Assembly: GCF_006345805.1 (NCBI RefSeq)
Contig: NW_021832565.1
Location: 1-64,000 of the forward strand
From: Octopus sinensis
Lineage: Eukaryota
Direction of reading: 5' to 3'
Length of the DNA: 64,000 nt
Part shown: piece by piece, positions 24,911-36,975 of the stretch
How the letters are laid out: every line of letters starts with the position of its first letter
How positions within the stretch are numbered: position 1 is the stretch's first letter
Made by a program: the position numbers and the translations under genes
Notes under the pieces: generated by a model
What the model was told of the DNA's origin: nothing
The model's input: only the letters and a program-made list of their open reading frames with translations
Databases searched by the model: none

Positions 24911-25080
24911 ATATAGAATTGTAACATCCAGTCATATTTTCTGTAATGTCACTCACCACCTCTTATTTCATCTTTGTAGATTTCTTTCACACTACATTTT
25001 GCTTCCATTTTTTTTGTAACCATTGGGAAATTTTCGTATATCTTTGTATCCTTTTGCGCCTTGTGACAATAAATAAATAA

Positions 25081-25138
25081 TCGATGTTGTTGTTGTTGTT
25101 GTTGTTATTATTATCATTATTATTATTATTATTATTAA

Positions 25139-25176
<38 letters not shown>

Positions 25177-25237
25177 GTAGTAGTAGTAGTAGTATAGTAG
25201 TAGTAGTAGTGTAGTAGTATAGTAGTAGTAGTAGTCG
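25081..25237. repeat. Compound (GTT)n(ATT)n(AGT)n microsatellite
   Basis: Direct reading. Confidence 0.95.
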
Positions 25238-25439
25238 TGTAAAATAAAACGCCAGTTAAACATTGGGGTCGATTTAATCTCCTTGTACCTGTCACCCAAT
25301 TTTCGGACTACGTCGCTATATTATAAACAATCACCCTCAGATGTTGTTTTGCTTCTCTCCCTCTCTCCTTCTTTCGCTCTCTCTCTCTCTCTCCTTCTCC
25401 CCCACCTTCTCTCTGTGATTAGGTGTTTCACCACGATAC

Positions 25440-25825
25440 TTTTATCTTTTATCTTTTATGTGCTCTTAGACTGCAACCATGCTGAGGCACCACCGTGAAG
25501 AATTTTTAGTCGAATGAATTGGCCCCAATACTTTTTTTTTAAAGCCTGGTGCTTATTATGTCGGTGTCTTTTGCTGAACCGCTAAGTTACGGGGTCGGTT
25601 GTCAAGCTGTGGTAGAGGACAAACACAGACTTAAAGACACACACACACACACATATATACATATATGCATACGACAAGCTTCTTTCACTTTCAGTCTATC
25701 AAATTCACTCACAAGGCTTTGATCAGCATAAGACTATATAGTAGAAGGCAAAAGGTGCCTCACAGAAGGACTGAATCCAGAACCATTTGGTTGGAAAGCA
25801 TGCTTCTTACCACACAGCCACCCCT
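25440..25825 (-). mobile_element. SINE family A
   Basis: Diverged copy with head, internal CA tract and tail. Confidence 0.85.
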
Positions 25826-26191
25826 TTTAAAGAAAAAAAAAAGCGACATCAAGAATTTCGGGACGTTTGCTTCATGATCTCGGATTTTTACAAAAAATGG
25901 TTCTTGGGTTCTCCTTTTCCTTTCTTTCTTTTTTAACAAGCAAAATTAATATTCATTGCAGCACAAAGCATTCAATGACTTTTGGTCAATTGAGAATTAC
26001 ACTGACATACAGTTACCCTGATACTTACACGGACGATTCGAAGCTTTTACTCGTGGAAGGTGCAAATAGAACAGCGGTTCAACTGGTGGCATAGAATGCT
26101 CTTGAGCGCAATGGTTTTTGTCCGATCACGGAAGTTAAGCAAAGTCGATCCTAGTTATCGGGTAATCTAGGTGCAGTAAGGATCTCACTTA

Positions 26192-26588
26192 TAGGCGCAG
26201 GCGTGGCTTTGTGGTAAGAAGTTTACTACCCAACCACATGGTTCTAGGTTCAGTCCTACTGCGTGGCACCTTAGACAAATGTCTTCTATTATAGCCTCGG
26301 ATCGATCAAAGTCTTGTGAGTGGATTTGGTTGACGGAAACTGAAAAAGCTCTGTCGTATAAATATGTATACGTGTCTGTTTTCCCCTGTTTTCCCACCCA
26401 CAGCTTGACAACTGATGTTGGTGTGTTTACGTCCCCGTAATCTAGTGGTTCGGCAAAAGATACCGACAGAATAAATATCAGAGTTTTAAAAAAAAGTACT
26501 GGGGGTCGATAATTTCTACTAAAAACTCTTCAGGATGGTGCCCCAGTATGGCTGCAGTCTAATGACTGAAGCAAGTAGAAAGTAAAAA
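26192..26588 (+). mobile_element. SINE family A
   Basis: ggcgcaggcgtggctttgtggtaag head through aatgactgaagcaagtagaaag tail. Confidence 0.88.
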
Positions 26589-26763
26589 GATAGTAAGCTC
26601 CACATAAAGATTTGTTCCCCGAGGACCTGAAAACAACAAAAGAGGAATGAAAGAGAGAGAGAGAGACGCAGGAAATAGTTATCCTTTCACATCTGTAGGG
26701 CCTACGAACTTCACTTTCCTAAAAACTACAAGTCGAATCTTCGAAGATGGCCGAAAGACTCAC

Positions 26764-26890
26764 CTCGCTTCGCTGGGAGTAACCGACATCTTGTGCATCA
26801 ACGTCCAAGGAACCTATACTCCTCTCCCAATAATATGAATCCAATGCAATGGGAAGATGAAAAGTAAATCGAGGATGGACAGACACCAAA
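26764..26890 (-). other. Candidate exon, possibly coding
   Basis: NAGNAG acceptor (cagcag) after a pyrimidine tract and donor GAG|gtgagt. One frame is open throughout (LVSVHPRF..SLDVDAQDVGYSQRSE); another gives MHKMSVTPSEA. No family recognised. Confidence 0.35.
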
Positions 26891-27160
26891 CTGCTGGATA
26901 TATTGAATCAGTAGAATGGAACGAAAAGGAAGCAGAAAATTTGAAATAAGCCCAAATAAATGTCTTGTGAAGTACAGGAATAGATTCACAGTAACTTTTC
27001 TCTTATTCATTTCCCCACTATATAAAGCATCTCCTTACTTTTTGTGTCGTTGTTACTGTTGATCCTTCCCACGATTGTTTAACTACTGCACTAGTAATTT
27101 TGAACGTTCTTGTCCGTATCAATCGATTGAGAATATTTTCAGATTATCTACCACTGCCAT

Positions 27161-27575
27161 GTAGAGCTGGCAGAAACGTTAGCTTGCCGGGCGAAATGCT
27201 TAGCGATAATTCGTCTGTCGCTACGTTCTGAGTTCAAATTCCGCTGAGGTCGACTTTGCCTTTCATCCTTTCGGGGTCGATAAATTAAGTACCCGTTACG
27301 CACTGGGGTCGATTTAATCGACTTAATCCCTTTGTCTGTCCTTATTTGTCCCCTCTATGTTTAGCCCCTTGTGGACGATAAAGAAATAAGAATTATTAGC
27401 ACGCCAGGCAAAATGCTTAGTGGAATTTCGCTCAGAATTTAAATTTCGCCGTTGTCGACTTTACTTTTCGTCCTTTCGGGGTCGATAAAATAAGTATCAG
27501 TTGAACATTGGAGTCGATGTAATCGACCGATGCCTCCTCCGAACTTCAGGCTTTGTGCCTACATTTGAAAGGATT
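27161..27575 (+). mobile_element. Two adjacent Nin/Deu-domain-like SINEs (27161-27390, 27393-27575)
   Basis: gagttcaaattccgctgaggtcgactttgcctttcatcctttcggggtcgataaa in the first; a more diverged version in the second. Confidence 0.88.
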
Positions 27576-28499
27576 ATTACCAACATATTATTTCAACGTT
27601 CCAATATATATGACTGAAACAAGTGAAAAAAATAGTTAAATGGGAGAACTAAATAGTTGGTTTTTACCGTTCTACCTTCGAAACAGGCAGATCGATAAAA
27701 TATAGTACCAGCTAATTACTGGGGTAGATTAAATCGAATATGTTCATAATTCACGATGCATGGCTTTGTGCCATTATTGTAGATCAGGAGATACTTTTTA
27801 AGTAAATATATTCTTTTATTGAAAGATAATGCAATGTAAAATTACTTAATAGAGAGTATATACTTCCTTTTCAGAAGAACCTAGCAATTATTGAATATTT
27901 GTAGATTTTTTTTTCTTAACATTTTTGTGTTTTTGATACTGAAAATACAGTTAACGAAAACTTTGGTCTGATCAAAGGTGATAGAGTGTCTCTATTATTA
28001 AATGATAAGTGAAAACAATTTACAGAAAACAGACGTTTTTAGAACAAGCAGCAAAATAAATGAATAAATTTGAGGTAATAAATAATATAGGAAATAAGTT
28101 TATCCGGAAGATGTACTTCTCTATTTTTATGGGTCTATACTCTCGGCGTGTATATGAATGTGTATATGAGTATGCATATACATTTCATAACAAGACACAT
28201 ACAGGGCACATAACAATTAGTGTTAGCAAGGAATTTCTCAAAGGTTGTTCATATAACATTTGAGTTATTTGAGGCTTCCTGCAATAAATCTTTGTAATGA
28301 AAGAATAAACAGAAATGGTCGACTTAAGATATACGATTTGAAAATGTGATCATATTTCATAGCAATCACTTTCAGCCCTGGCGTTTCTTTTACTGGGCTG
28401 ACATATGGCCTGAGAACTTCTGAGGCACTGGAGACTTGTTTGCTGGGCAGACGCATGATCTGACATCCTTCTGTCACGATTTGCTCGATGGGTGGAATC

Positions 28500-30003
28500 G
28501 AGCAGAACCCGGTGTTGGTAGATGGATGTGCCTCGAAGATAACGCTATTCGGCTCACTTCTAGGAGAAGAACGACCCGCTCACATCAGACCCGTGTTTAT
28601 AGTTCGTGGTATCGTCCACTTAAATACCGACAGCCTCTCGTGGGAGACCTTCTGCCAACGGACAGCAAAGCTTACTCCAATCAATTAACCGGGCGTCGTG
28701 GAGGAAAACCTTCCTCTCGTCTTCGATAGGTAGACATTGAGAGTATCTCTTCGACGTGTGCGTGGGGCAGCCTCGAGGGTTATGCTCTGCCTGAACAAGC
28801 CATTTCATTCTGTAGACGCTTTTTTACTTCTTAGCATGTGGTACCATCCACCTTAAAACAACGGTACCGGCTTGGAGAATAAAGATTTGGGTCAGTATCT
28901 CGTCCTATGCTCGTGTTGCTATCAGTGAGTGCACTGTGGAACTATCCACGTAAACTTCAGAGTAAGTTGCGGTTTCGCATTCATAAAAGTAGCCAAATTC
29001 ATCGACATCTAATTAGTGATATGCATAAACAGATCAACGGGATTTTCACTGTCTCTCTCTGCTGTGTAACAAAATCACAGTTAAGGGAACAGGCTTAGAC
29101 GGATCGTAGGGGAAAGAGAACTCTGCTGAGCTTGACTCTAGTTTTGTTTTATGAGGGTGCTTAGTTGGCGTAGCATAAGCGGTAGCATTTGCATTGACCA
29201 ACGCCGACCGCCGATACTAGCAGCGTCGCGACCGCTGTCCTCTTACGATTTCTCTTGTACCGACGTTGTCGGTTGGTCGGTTTCGTGTCGGGGTGTCGTT
29301 CGCGTTTGCGATGATGAAAAACCGGACCGTGGGGGAAAGAGAACTCTGCTGAGCTTGACTCTAGTTTGGTTTTATGAGGGTGCTTAGTTGGCGTAGCATA
29401 AGCGGTAGCATTTGCATTGACCAACGCCGACCGCCGATACTAGCAGCGTCGCGACCGCTGTCCTCTTACGATTTCTCTTGTGCCGACGTTGTCGGTTGGT
29501 CGGTTTCGTGTCGGGGTGTCGTTCGCGTTTGCGATGATGAAAAACCGTCACTTCCATAGTTACTTCACGCACTAGATGGTAAAGGGATCGAGCAGTCAAT
29601 GAGAAGTGATTCATTATCTGGTGCGAATTGCGTGGTGTATGTCAAGCGCCCCGACGGGTGCCGATGCGACCGATGCACAGCACTTCATCGAGAAAATTGA
29701 CGGTCGAAGAGTCTGACTGAGGCGGTATGTGTGTCAAATAACGCAGGTGTCCCAAGGCGAGCTCAGCGTGGACGAAAACCTCACGTTGAGCAAATGGACA
29801 AAAGCTTGCTTGATCTCGATTTTCCGAAAGAATATGGACACACTCAAAGATCATCACTGTTTGAAGGAAATTGGTTTTCATGATGTCTATGTCTTATCTT
29901 GTCTTGTCGCCTTTAAAGTGTTCACAGAGCATTGATCTGAAGTTATGATGTCGGCATTTCGAAACTCAATGTGAGCCATCGTGATACAGATATCTCTTTT
30001 CCA
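28500..30003 (+). pseudogene. Highly divergent eukaryotic 28S (LSU) rRNA-like sequence, mainly domains IV-V, with deletions
   Basis: Colinear matches to the eukaryotic 28S core as I recall it: gtagccaaa..catctaattagtga (28989), aagggaac..ggggaaaga..gagcttgactctagt, taacgcaggtgtcc..aggcgagctcag..gcttgatct (29738-29822), gatgtcggc (29947), tcgtga.acag. Homology is firm from ~28985 and tentative upstream. Confidence 0.88.
29109..29547 (+). repeat. 223-bp-period tandem duplication inside the 28S-like locus
   Basis: Units 29109-29324 and 29332-29547 differ at about 2 positions. Confidence 0.97.
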
Positions 30004-30470
30004 GCATTCAGTTGGTTTCCATTCCTCCACATCAACAAACGTTTTCTCAACCACAATTTTAATCTCTATGCTCTCTAACGCCATTCATCGATACATCCAG
30101 CTGTTCCAAAAAACAGGAGACATAAGAAATTCGTCAAATTTAAGCCAAACACCCTGTATAAAGTTGACAATTAATTGATGAACCACTGCAGAGGAAACTT
30201 AGAAGCCACATTTACTTTGCATTTCATTCGAATAAACTGTTTAGAGTTTACATCTGTGTCAAAACTCATTATTAGTGAACTAGCGGGACCTGTATTTATT
30301 TCACAGAATTAATGGTAAACCTATTGGGTTATTTCTGAAAATTTTATCCAAAACACCTGAAAGCGCAGCATGTATTGCACCTGTATGGAAAGGTAGTCCT
30401 TCATCTGCTACCCATTGAAAAGTGGAAGGAAATTGGAATACGATGATTTCTTAACGCACTTTATACAGTG

Positions 30471-30872
30471 CAGGAGTGGCAGTGTGGTAAGTAGCTTGCT
30501 AACCAACCACATGGTTCCGGGTTCAGTCCCACTGCGTGGCATCTTGGGCAAGTGTCTTCTGCTATAGCCCCGGGCCGACCAATGCCTTGTGAGTGGATTT
30601 GGTAGACGGAAACTGAAAGAAGCCTGTCGTATATATGTATATATATATATATATATAAGTGTGTGTGTCTGTCTTTGTCCCCCTAGCATTGCTTGACAAC
30701 CGATGCTGGTGTGTTTACGTCCCCGTCACTTAGCGGTTCGGCAAAAGAGACCGATAGAATAAGTACTGGGCTTACAAAGAATAAGTCCCGGGGTCGATTT
30801 GTTCGACTAAAGGCGGTGCTCCAGCATGGCCGCAGTCAAATGACTGAAACAAGTAAAAGAGTAAAAGAGAAA
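30471..30872 (+). mobile_element. Full-length SINE family A, well preserved
   Basis: Complete head, body, internal TA/TG tract and (GTAAAAGA)n tail. Confidence 0.95.
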
Positions 30873-31189
30873 AGAGTAATATACTTTATATACTTTAGGC
30901 ACAGTTTTATAGACTTAATACACAGCGCCCATAAAATAAATATTCACTCTTATTTTTCCATTTTTCCCATAGACAAAAAAAAAATATCCTGTACATATGA
31001 TACAGCCTTTAGTTAAATTGCACATAATACAACCTTTAGTTAGGAATGTGCATGTATTAGGTGATATGTGATGTAAAAAGTTTACTTCAGTTTAAAAAAA
31101 TACACTTTTCAATATCTAATCACCACTACCACCACCACCACCTCAATCTCCACCACAGCCACCATCATCATTTCTCTCTCCCTCTGTCC

Positions 31190-31241
<52 letters not shown>

Positions 31242-31548
31242 TCTCTTTCTTTTCCTTCTCTCTCTACCTTTATTTAAACTCACCATCAGAATATCGCCTC
31301 TCTGCTAAAATTATATTTTTAACTCTCTCCCTCTTACTTCATCTAGCTTTTTTAACCATGTAATAAATATGACGTTCTCTCACCTCACGTCATGGACGCT
31401 TCTGTCTCTCCCTTTTCTTTCTCCCTCTTTCTGTCTCGCTCTTTGCCTTATACTCTTTTCTTCTCTCCTTTACCTTTCTCCTCACTTTCTCTTCAACTAA
31501 TCAAGTGAAGGCATTACAATTACATTCCCTCTACCTCACGTCATGGAC

Positions 31549-31595
<47 letters not shown>

Positions 31596-33026
31596 CTCTC
31601 TCCCTCTTTTTCTCCCTCCCACTTTTTCTCCCTCTTTTTCTCTAATCATACGAAAATGTTACTGATGGGCTAAGTAACGCAATGACAAGCAGAATTATTA
31701 TAAGATGTTTCATACTGTTTCTAAGATTTCTTTAAAAGTAAGGCAAATCTTTACTTCAAGTCTAGAGAAATAGATAGCTGACTAACCAGACAGAAAAATT
31801 TATTTGTAAATTCGTGAAAATATTAGATTTATGATACTCCATGTATGTCTCTAAAACAAGTCTTGCATTTATGTTATGAATTAAAGTTAACTAAAATGCT
31901 TCATTAAAATGCATGTGCTCTTTACCATTATTTTCTGTGATTTTTATGGAAAATAGAGTAACAGAACAAGAGAGAGGGAGAATTACATAGTTTGGTTTTT
32001 AAAAAAAAATTATGGTCATGGGTCTCCAGAAATACCTTGATTATGACAAGAAGTGTAAAGGAATATTTAGCCAAAGGTTTTGAATGAGGTTAATCTGGGG
32101 CCAGTAGAGATTGTAGAAACTGGGATTATAGTTGGAGTAAAGATAGAAAATGCTATGTTCTGATCTCCATGATTTTTATCTGTTTTTCCCATCCACCATT
32201 TCTAAATGCCAATTAAGGAGGTTTGCTTTCTCTGACCTTTTTACATTCTTTGGCAAGAGAAAGCAGAAATACAAATCCCTGAACATTTTGTTTGTGCATT
32301 CTTCAACCCTGAAGATTAGATGTAAGCAGTTCATGTTAGGAAAGATCCTCAGATAATAAACAACCCCATCAAGAGGAGAAGTAGAAAACATGAGGAAGCA
32401 TTTCTTTTGAGGAAAATCATAATTGGAAAAATGAGAAAAGAAACGCGGAAATATCTGAAAGTCTTCAAAATCAATATAACAAAATTCCTTCACAATGTTT
32501 TAATCCAAATCTCCCAAAGGCACAAAGCAATTTGTTAAACAAAGATTACAATGCATGGGAATGCAAAGAAATAAAAACAAAGAATTGTTGGCTGGACTTT
32601 GAGATGCTCTGATATAATGCACAGGTGATTTTAACCTTCAACTGATGATCAAAGACAATGCTGAACCTGAAGGACTTTTAAAAGAAAGGATGGATTCCTT
32701 TGCACATTACTGATGTTGCCTGCTGATTTAAGTTTATTTTTCTGATAGAAATAAAATAAGTTTATGATATTTTCTACAAAACCAAGGATTATGTACATAT
32801 TTGTAATGCTTGTATGTAGATGTACACTAAGAATTCAGATAAGTGTCAATGCTTGAAATATATTTGTATGTTTTTGTAATTCTAAATCTCATGGCACCCA
32901 GTGAATCCCGTTCTGTTGGGTACAGATATCAAGTATGGTGCATACTAAAGTTTAGATTCAAGAAATGCGAGACATGATACACTGACTTATAGAACGATCG
33001 CTTGCAGGTTTCAACCTCATGATATT

Positions 33027-33252
33027 TTATTTCTTTATTGCCCACAAGGGGCTAAACATAGAGGGAGCAAACAAGGACAGACAATGGGATTAAGTCGATT
33101 ACATCGACCCCAGTGCGTAACTGGTACTTAATTTATCGACCCCGAAAGGACGAAAGGCAAAGTTGACCTTGGCGGAATTTGAACTCAGAGCGTAACGGCA
33201 GACGAAATACGGCTACGCATTTCGCCTGGCGTGCTAACGTTTCTGCCAGCTC
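33027..33252 (-). mobile_element. Nin/Deu-domain-like SINE
   Basis: Reverse complement of the 27161 copy; probable 17-bp TSD tttca(a/g)cctcatgatat (33009-33025 / 33263-33279). Confidence 0.88.
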
Positions 33253-33958
33253 ACTGCCTTTCTTTCAGCCTCATGATATGTCAAGTCAACCTGGAAGAAG
33301 TCATCATTGTTTAAGCTATGGTCAGAGTGGTAGAGTGTACTCAGCCTTGCACATGCAAAATGATTCTGCCTGAAATATCGAAGATTTGAGCCAATTAATG
33401 CAGTTTCTGGTAAACTCTATGCAGCTGATAGTCCTGCTAGAAATACCAGCCAGGCTTTCATAAAATTTCAGCATACTATCTCAAAAAAGGGAAGGACATA
33501 TTTGACAATGTGGAGAACGTTAGATAACAAAAGAAAGAGCGAGAGAGAGAGAGAGAGAGCTTGTGAGAATGTTGCTGCTTTTATCATGTTGTCGTAGATC
33601 TGCTATAATTATTGAGTATATTATAATCAAAGCATTCCACTTGTAACCAACCTGTTTCATTTTTATTCACATTTACTGTATCTAGAACTATATAGACCTA
33701 AAAATCTAGATAATTCTAAAACAGACAAGATCATCACAGCTGGAATGCCTTTGATCATAGATCTGCTTCATTGGAGCTGATATTGAGTGAGAAAACAACA
33801 AACTAGGCTTTCTAGATACTCTCCAAAATGATGGGATGATCACAGTAACTGGACTGTTTCAATCAAAGGCCTGATTCTTAAGAGCTGATTCAAGATTAAA
33901 CAAGCAAAAAACAAACTAAGTTTTCATAGCCCATTCTTGCTTGGGTTCTATTCGTTTA

Positions 33959-34178
33959 CCCTTTAGCATTTAAACTGGCCTTATCCAGTCAAAATATTCT
34001 ATTTGTTTTATGTTCAAATTGGCCAAGTACAGTCTGTCACACCTACCCTACAATGCCATACAAAAGTAAACAATCCCATAATCGAAAATCTCAAAGCTAC
34101 AAGATAATGCATGATTATTTATAAACAATGTGAAGAAATAAGCATCACGTTTGACAGAATAATCTGAATGTTAAAGAG
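33959..34178. mobile_element. piggyBac-like MITE, decayed copy
   Basis: ccctttagcatt...aatctgaatgttaaagag ends, same family as 42311 and 59949. Confidence 0.7.
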
Positions 34179-34319
34179 TGAACCTACAGAAAATTACATA
34201 TCTGAAAATGCCAAAGCCATTTGAAATAAACACAAAGATGTATGAAAATAGTAAAATAGTTCAAATGAATCTGTGTAATATGTAAATGTGTACACTAATA
34301 TACACCAAAGCTGTAAGTT

Positions 34320-34622
34320 ATGACAATGAGGGTTCCAGTTGACCTGATCGATGGAATAGCTTGCTCATGAAATTAACATGCAAGTGGTTGAGCACTCCAC
34401 AGACACACATACCCTTAACGTAGCTCTCTAGGAGATTCAGTGTGACACAGAATGTGACTAGGCTAGCCTTTTGAAATACAGGTACTACTCACTTTTGCCA
34501 GCTGAGTGAACTGGGGCAACATGAAATAAAGTGTCTTGCTCAAGGACACAATGTGTCACCGGGAATTGAACTCATGACCTTACGATCATGAGCTGAATGC
34601 CCTAACCACTAAGCCACAAGCC
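34320..34622 (-). mobile_element. SINE with a different tRNA head and core-like body joined to the family D tail
   Basis: Head gtggcttagtggttagggcattcagctc..gagttcaattcc, body ccttgagcaagacac..cactcagctggcaaaa, then the same 3' half as 23510. Confidence 0.8.
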
Positions 34623-35104
34623 TTCCCTACACCAAAAAGGACACATTTAAAACATATATAACTGTGTTCATTAAAATAGGCAGAAAGTCACAAAAGTGAC
34701 TCAAAGGTTGAGGATTTTAATTATATAAAGGTTATATTGTCGTTTAGGAATCCCAAATTAACTCACCATAGATGTATCCTTGGCCTGATGATTAGCTAGC
34801 TGAGTACCCCTCATTGAGTACTTATTACATCAGAAGATTAGCTAGCTAGGAAACATATGTGGCCTGGATTTTACCTGTTCCACTCCCACAATTTGGAGTT
34901 TTATTTGCATTCATAGCAACTCTTGTGCTAACTGTGAGCTATACAAAACATGTTTCTGTTTGTGTGTCTCCCTTATCTTGATATCATGAGCTAATTGTAA
35001 ACAAACTTTCAGTTCTGACATTTTTGGCAGTCTTCTGTAATAACATGTCTGGATTCCTATTTTACTGGGATGAACCCTCAAAGCCTTCTAATCATTATCA
35101 CCAT

Positions 35105-35115
35105 CATCATCATAG

Positions 35116-35152
<37 letters not shown>

Positions 35153-35312
35153 TTAATGTCCACTTTCCATGCCAGCATGGAATAGCTGGTTTGACTGGAG
35201 CTGGTAAGCCAGGGAGCTGCACCAGATTCCAGTCTGATTTGGCATGGTTTCTATGGGTGGATACCCTTCCTAATGCCAACCACTCCAAGAGTATAATGAG
35301 TGCTTTTTATAA
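35105..35312 (-). mobile_element. SINE family B
   Basis: (CAT)n followed by ttaatgtccactttccatgccagcatgg..ggatacccttcctaatgccaacc. Confidence 0.82.
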
Positions 35313-35853
35313 ATGAATATCATTAGGAAATATATATAAAAATATTGTTTAAATATTTCATGCATTGTAGAAGTATAACTCATTTATTGCTGATAAATTT
35401 TAACAAAAAAATTTTATTTGGAACCCCAAGGGCCATATGAACCCCACATGAGAACCACTAGTCTGACCCATACTAACCTGGATAAACAAGTGCAAAGACA
35501 AATGAAAAACGGATGAAGTGTATGATTTTTCTCTTATCCCCTTAACAATGCAAGTAGAATTAAGCATTAGTCTAGAAGACCTGAGAGGAATGTGTAAAGG
35601 TAAACTTTTGTAGGAAACATGTAACATCACATTGATGTGATTATTTCGAAAGTTGAAATGATATCTCTTCTAATGATTGTGGTAAGTATTGATAAAGTTT
35701 TTCATCAATTCCCTGAAGTTGAGTAGCATCATGCTTCGTTGATACTGTGATTGGTGATGCTTCAGAAAAATTACCTTAAGAAAGACAGGTTTTGCCAAGT
35801 TTTAGATCTAAAATCATCTCATGAAACATGCCACAGCAACAAAAGATATATAC

Positions 35854-35885
<32 letters not shown>

Positions 35886-36789
35886 ATACATACATACACA
35901 CATATATGTACACATACACACTGACATATACATGCACACACACAAATATACACACACACAGTGTGTAGTAAGAGAATGAGAGGGAGAGAAGAAAAAAAGA
36001 GGTTTTGGGGAAATATCAATCATTCTAGGCTGATTTTAAGTTTGCAGCTGAGCAATTTGAAGTTTCCTCAATAATCAATCATTTCATAGAACATTAAACA
36101 TCTTACATTGCCCCTGATGTAAAATACTCTTTGCCATATAGTTTATCTGCTTTGAAGTTAGGAATTTTAACTTCAACATTTAACTGAAGGCTATAAAATG
36201 CTTTCAATATTTTCTGGCTAGAATTTTAGCAGAATTTTCAAGATTTAGGCAATAGTATTTAATAGTAGGAGAAGGATTAAAGACACTATGATTAGGGGCA
36301 AAATATATATTTTGATTGAAGTTGAGGCCTGAAGATTATCAGCTAAACTTAAATTTCTAAATATTGTTTTACAGTTTTACATCTAACATACATTCTTTCA
36401 AAACTTTTATTTCCTGCCTGACATCATTATAAATTATTAACAAAATAAATAAACATGATCAATCCAACAAAATATTCAGATTATCATATGATATGTGTAA
36501 AGTTTTTGATGTGATAATGATGAGAACTGCTAATTCATAAAAGGCTCTTTTACCATTTAAATATTCTTGGATGTTTGCTTTTATCAACAACATATAGTTT
36601 GGTTTTACTCAGAACTTTCAGGTTTTGCAATCCTGACTCTTTTAACACTTCTCTTTAAAAATCTCCGAGCATTGGTTCCCAAGGAGTAAAAATTATTTCT
36701 CTTGGGATATTCAGACAACTAATTTAAGCAAATGAGTATTATGCACATATTGTGCAATAAAATTTGCTTAAGTGGTGCCTCCACAACAT

Positions 36790-36975
36790 TATTATTGTGT
36801 TGAGTGAAAAGTTTTGCAATAGTTTGGTAACTTATTTGCATTATTCATCAAGTTACAACAAAAGTAGCCTGGCATTCAAAGAAGATGTCCTTCTGTTGCA
36901 CTGTTTAAAGCCACCTTTCTGTCAGTTCTTTGATCCCATGCTGATACCAGTTTTTGTCCTCCAAGCACCGTATTG
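36790..36975 (-). mobile_element. Mariner 3' terminal fragment
   Basis: LEDKNWYQHGIKELTERWL*TVQQKDIFFE followed by a TIR-like end; abuts the CR1 remnant. Confidence 0.6.

Noticed and set aside
27018-27026. TATATAAAG as promoter of the 26764 exon
   Set aside because: It reads best on the plus strand, opposite to that exon, and such motifs are common in AT-rich DNA.
29109-29547. CRISPR-like or other prokaryotic array
   Set aside because: Two long units without spacers in a eukaryotic context; no cas-like or TnpB/Fanzor-like ORF recognised in the window.
28985-30003. Functional rRNA gene, mitochondrial insert or bacterial 23S
   Set aside because: Motifs are eukaryotic cytosolic type, and invariant P-loop/PTC bases are changed with deletions. 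No 18S, 5.8S or ITS recognised nearby.
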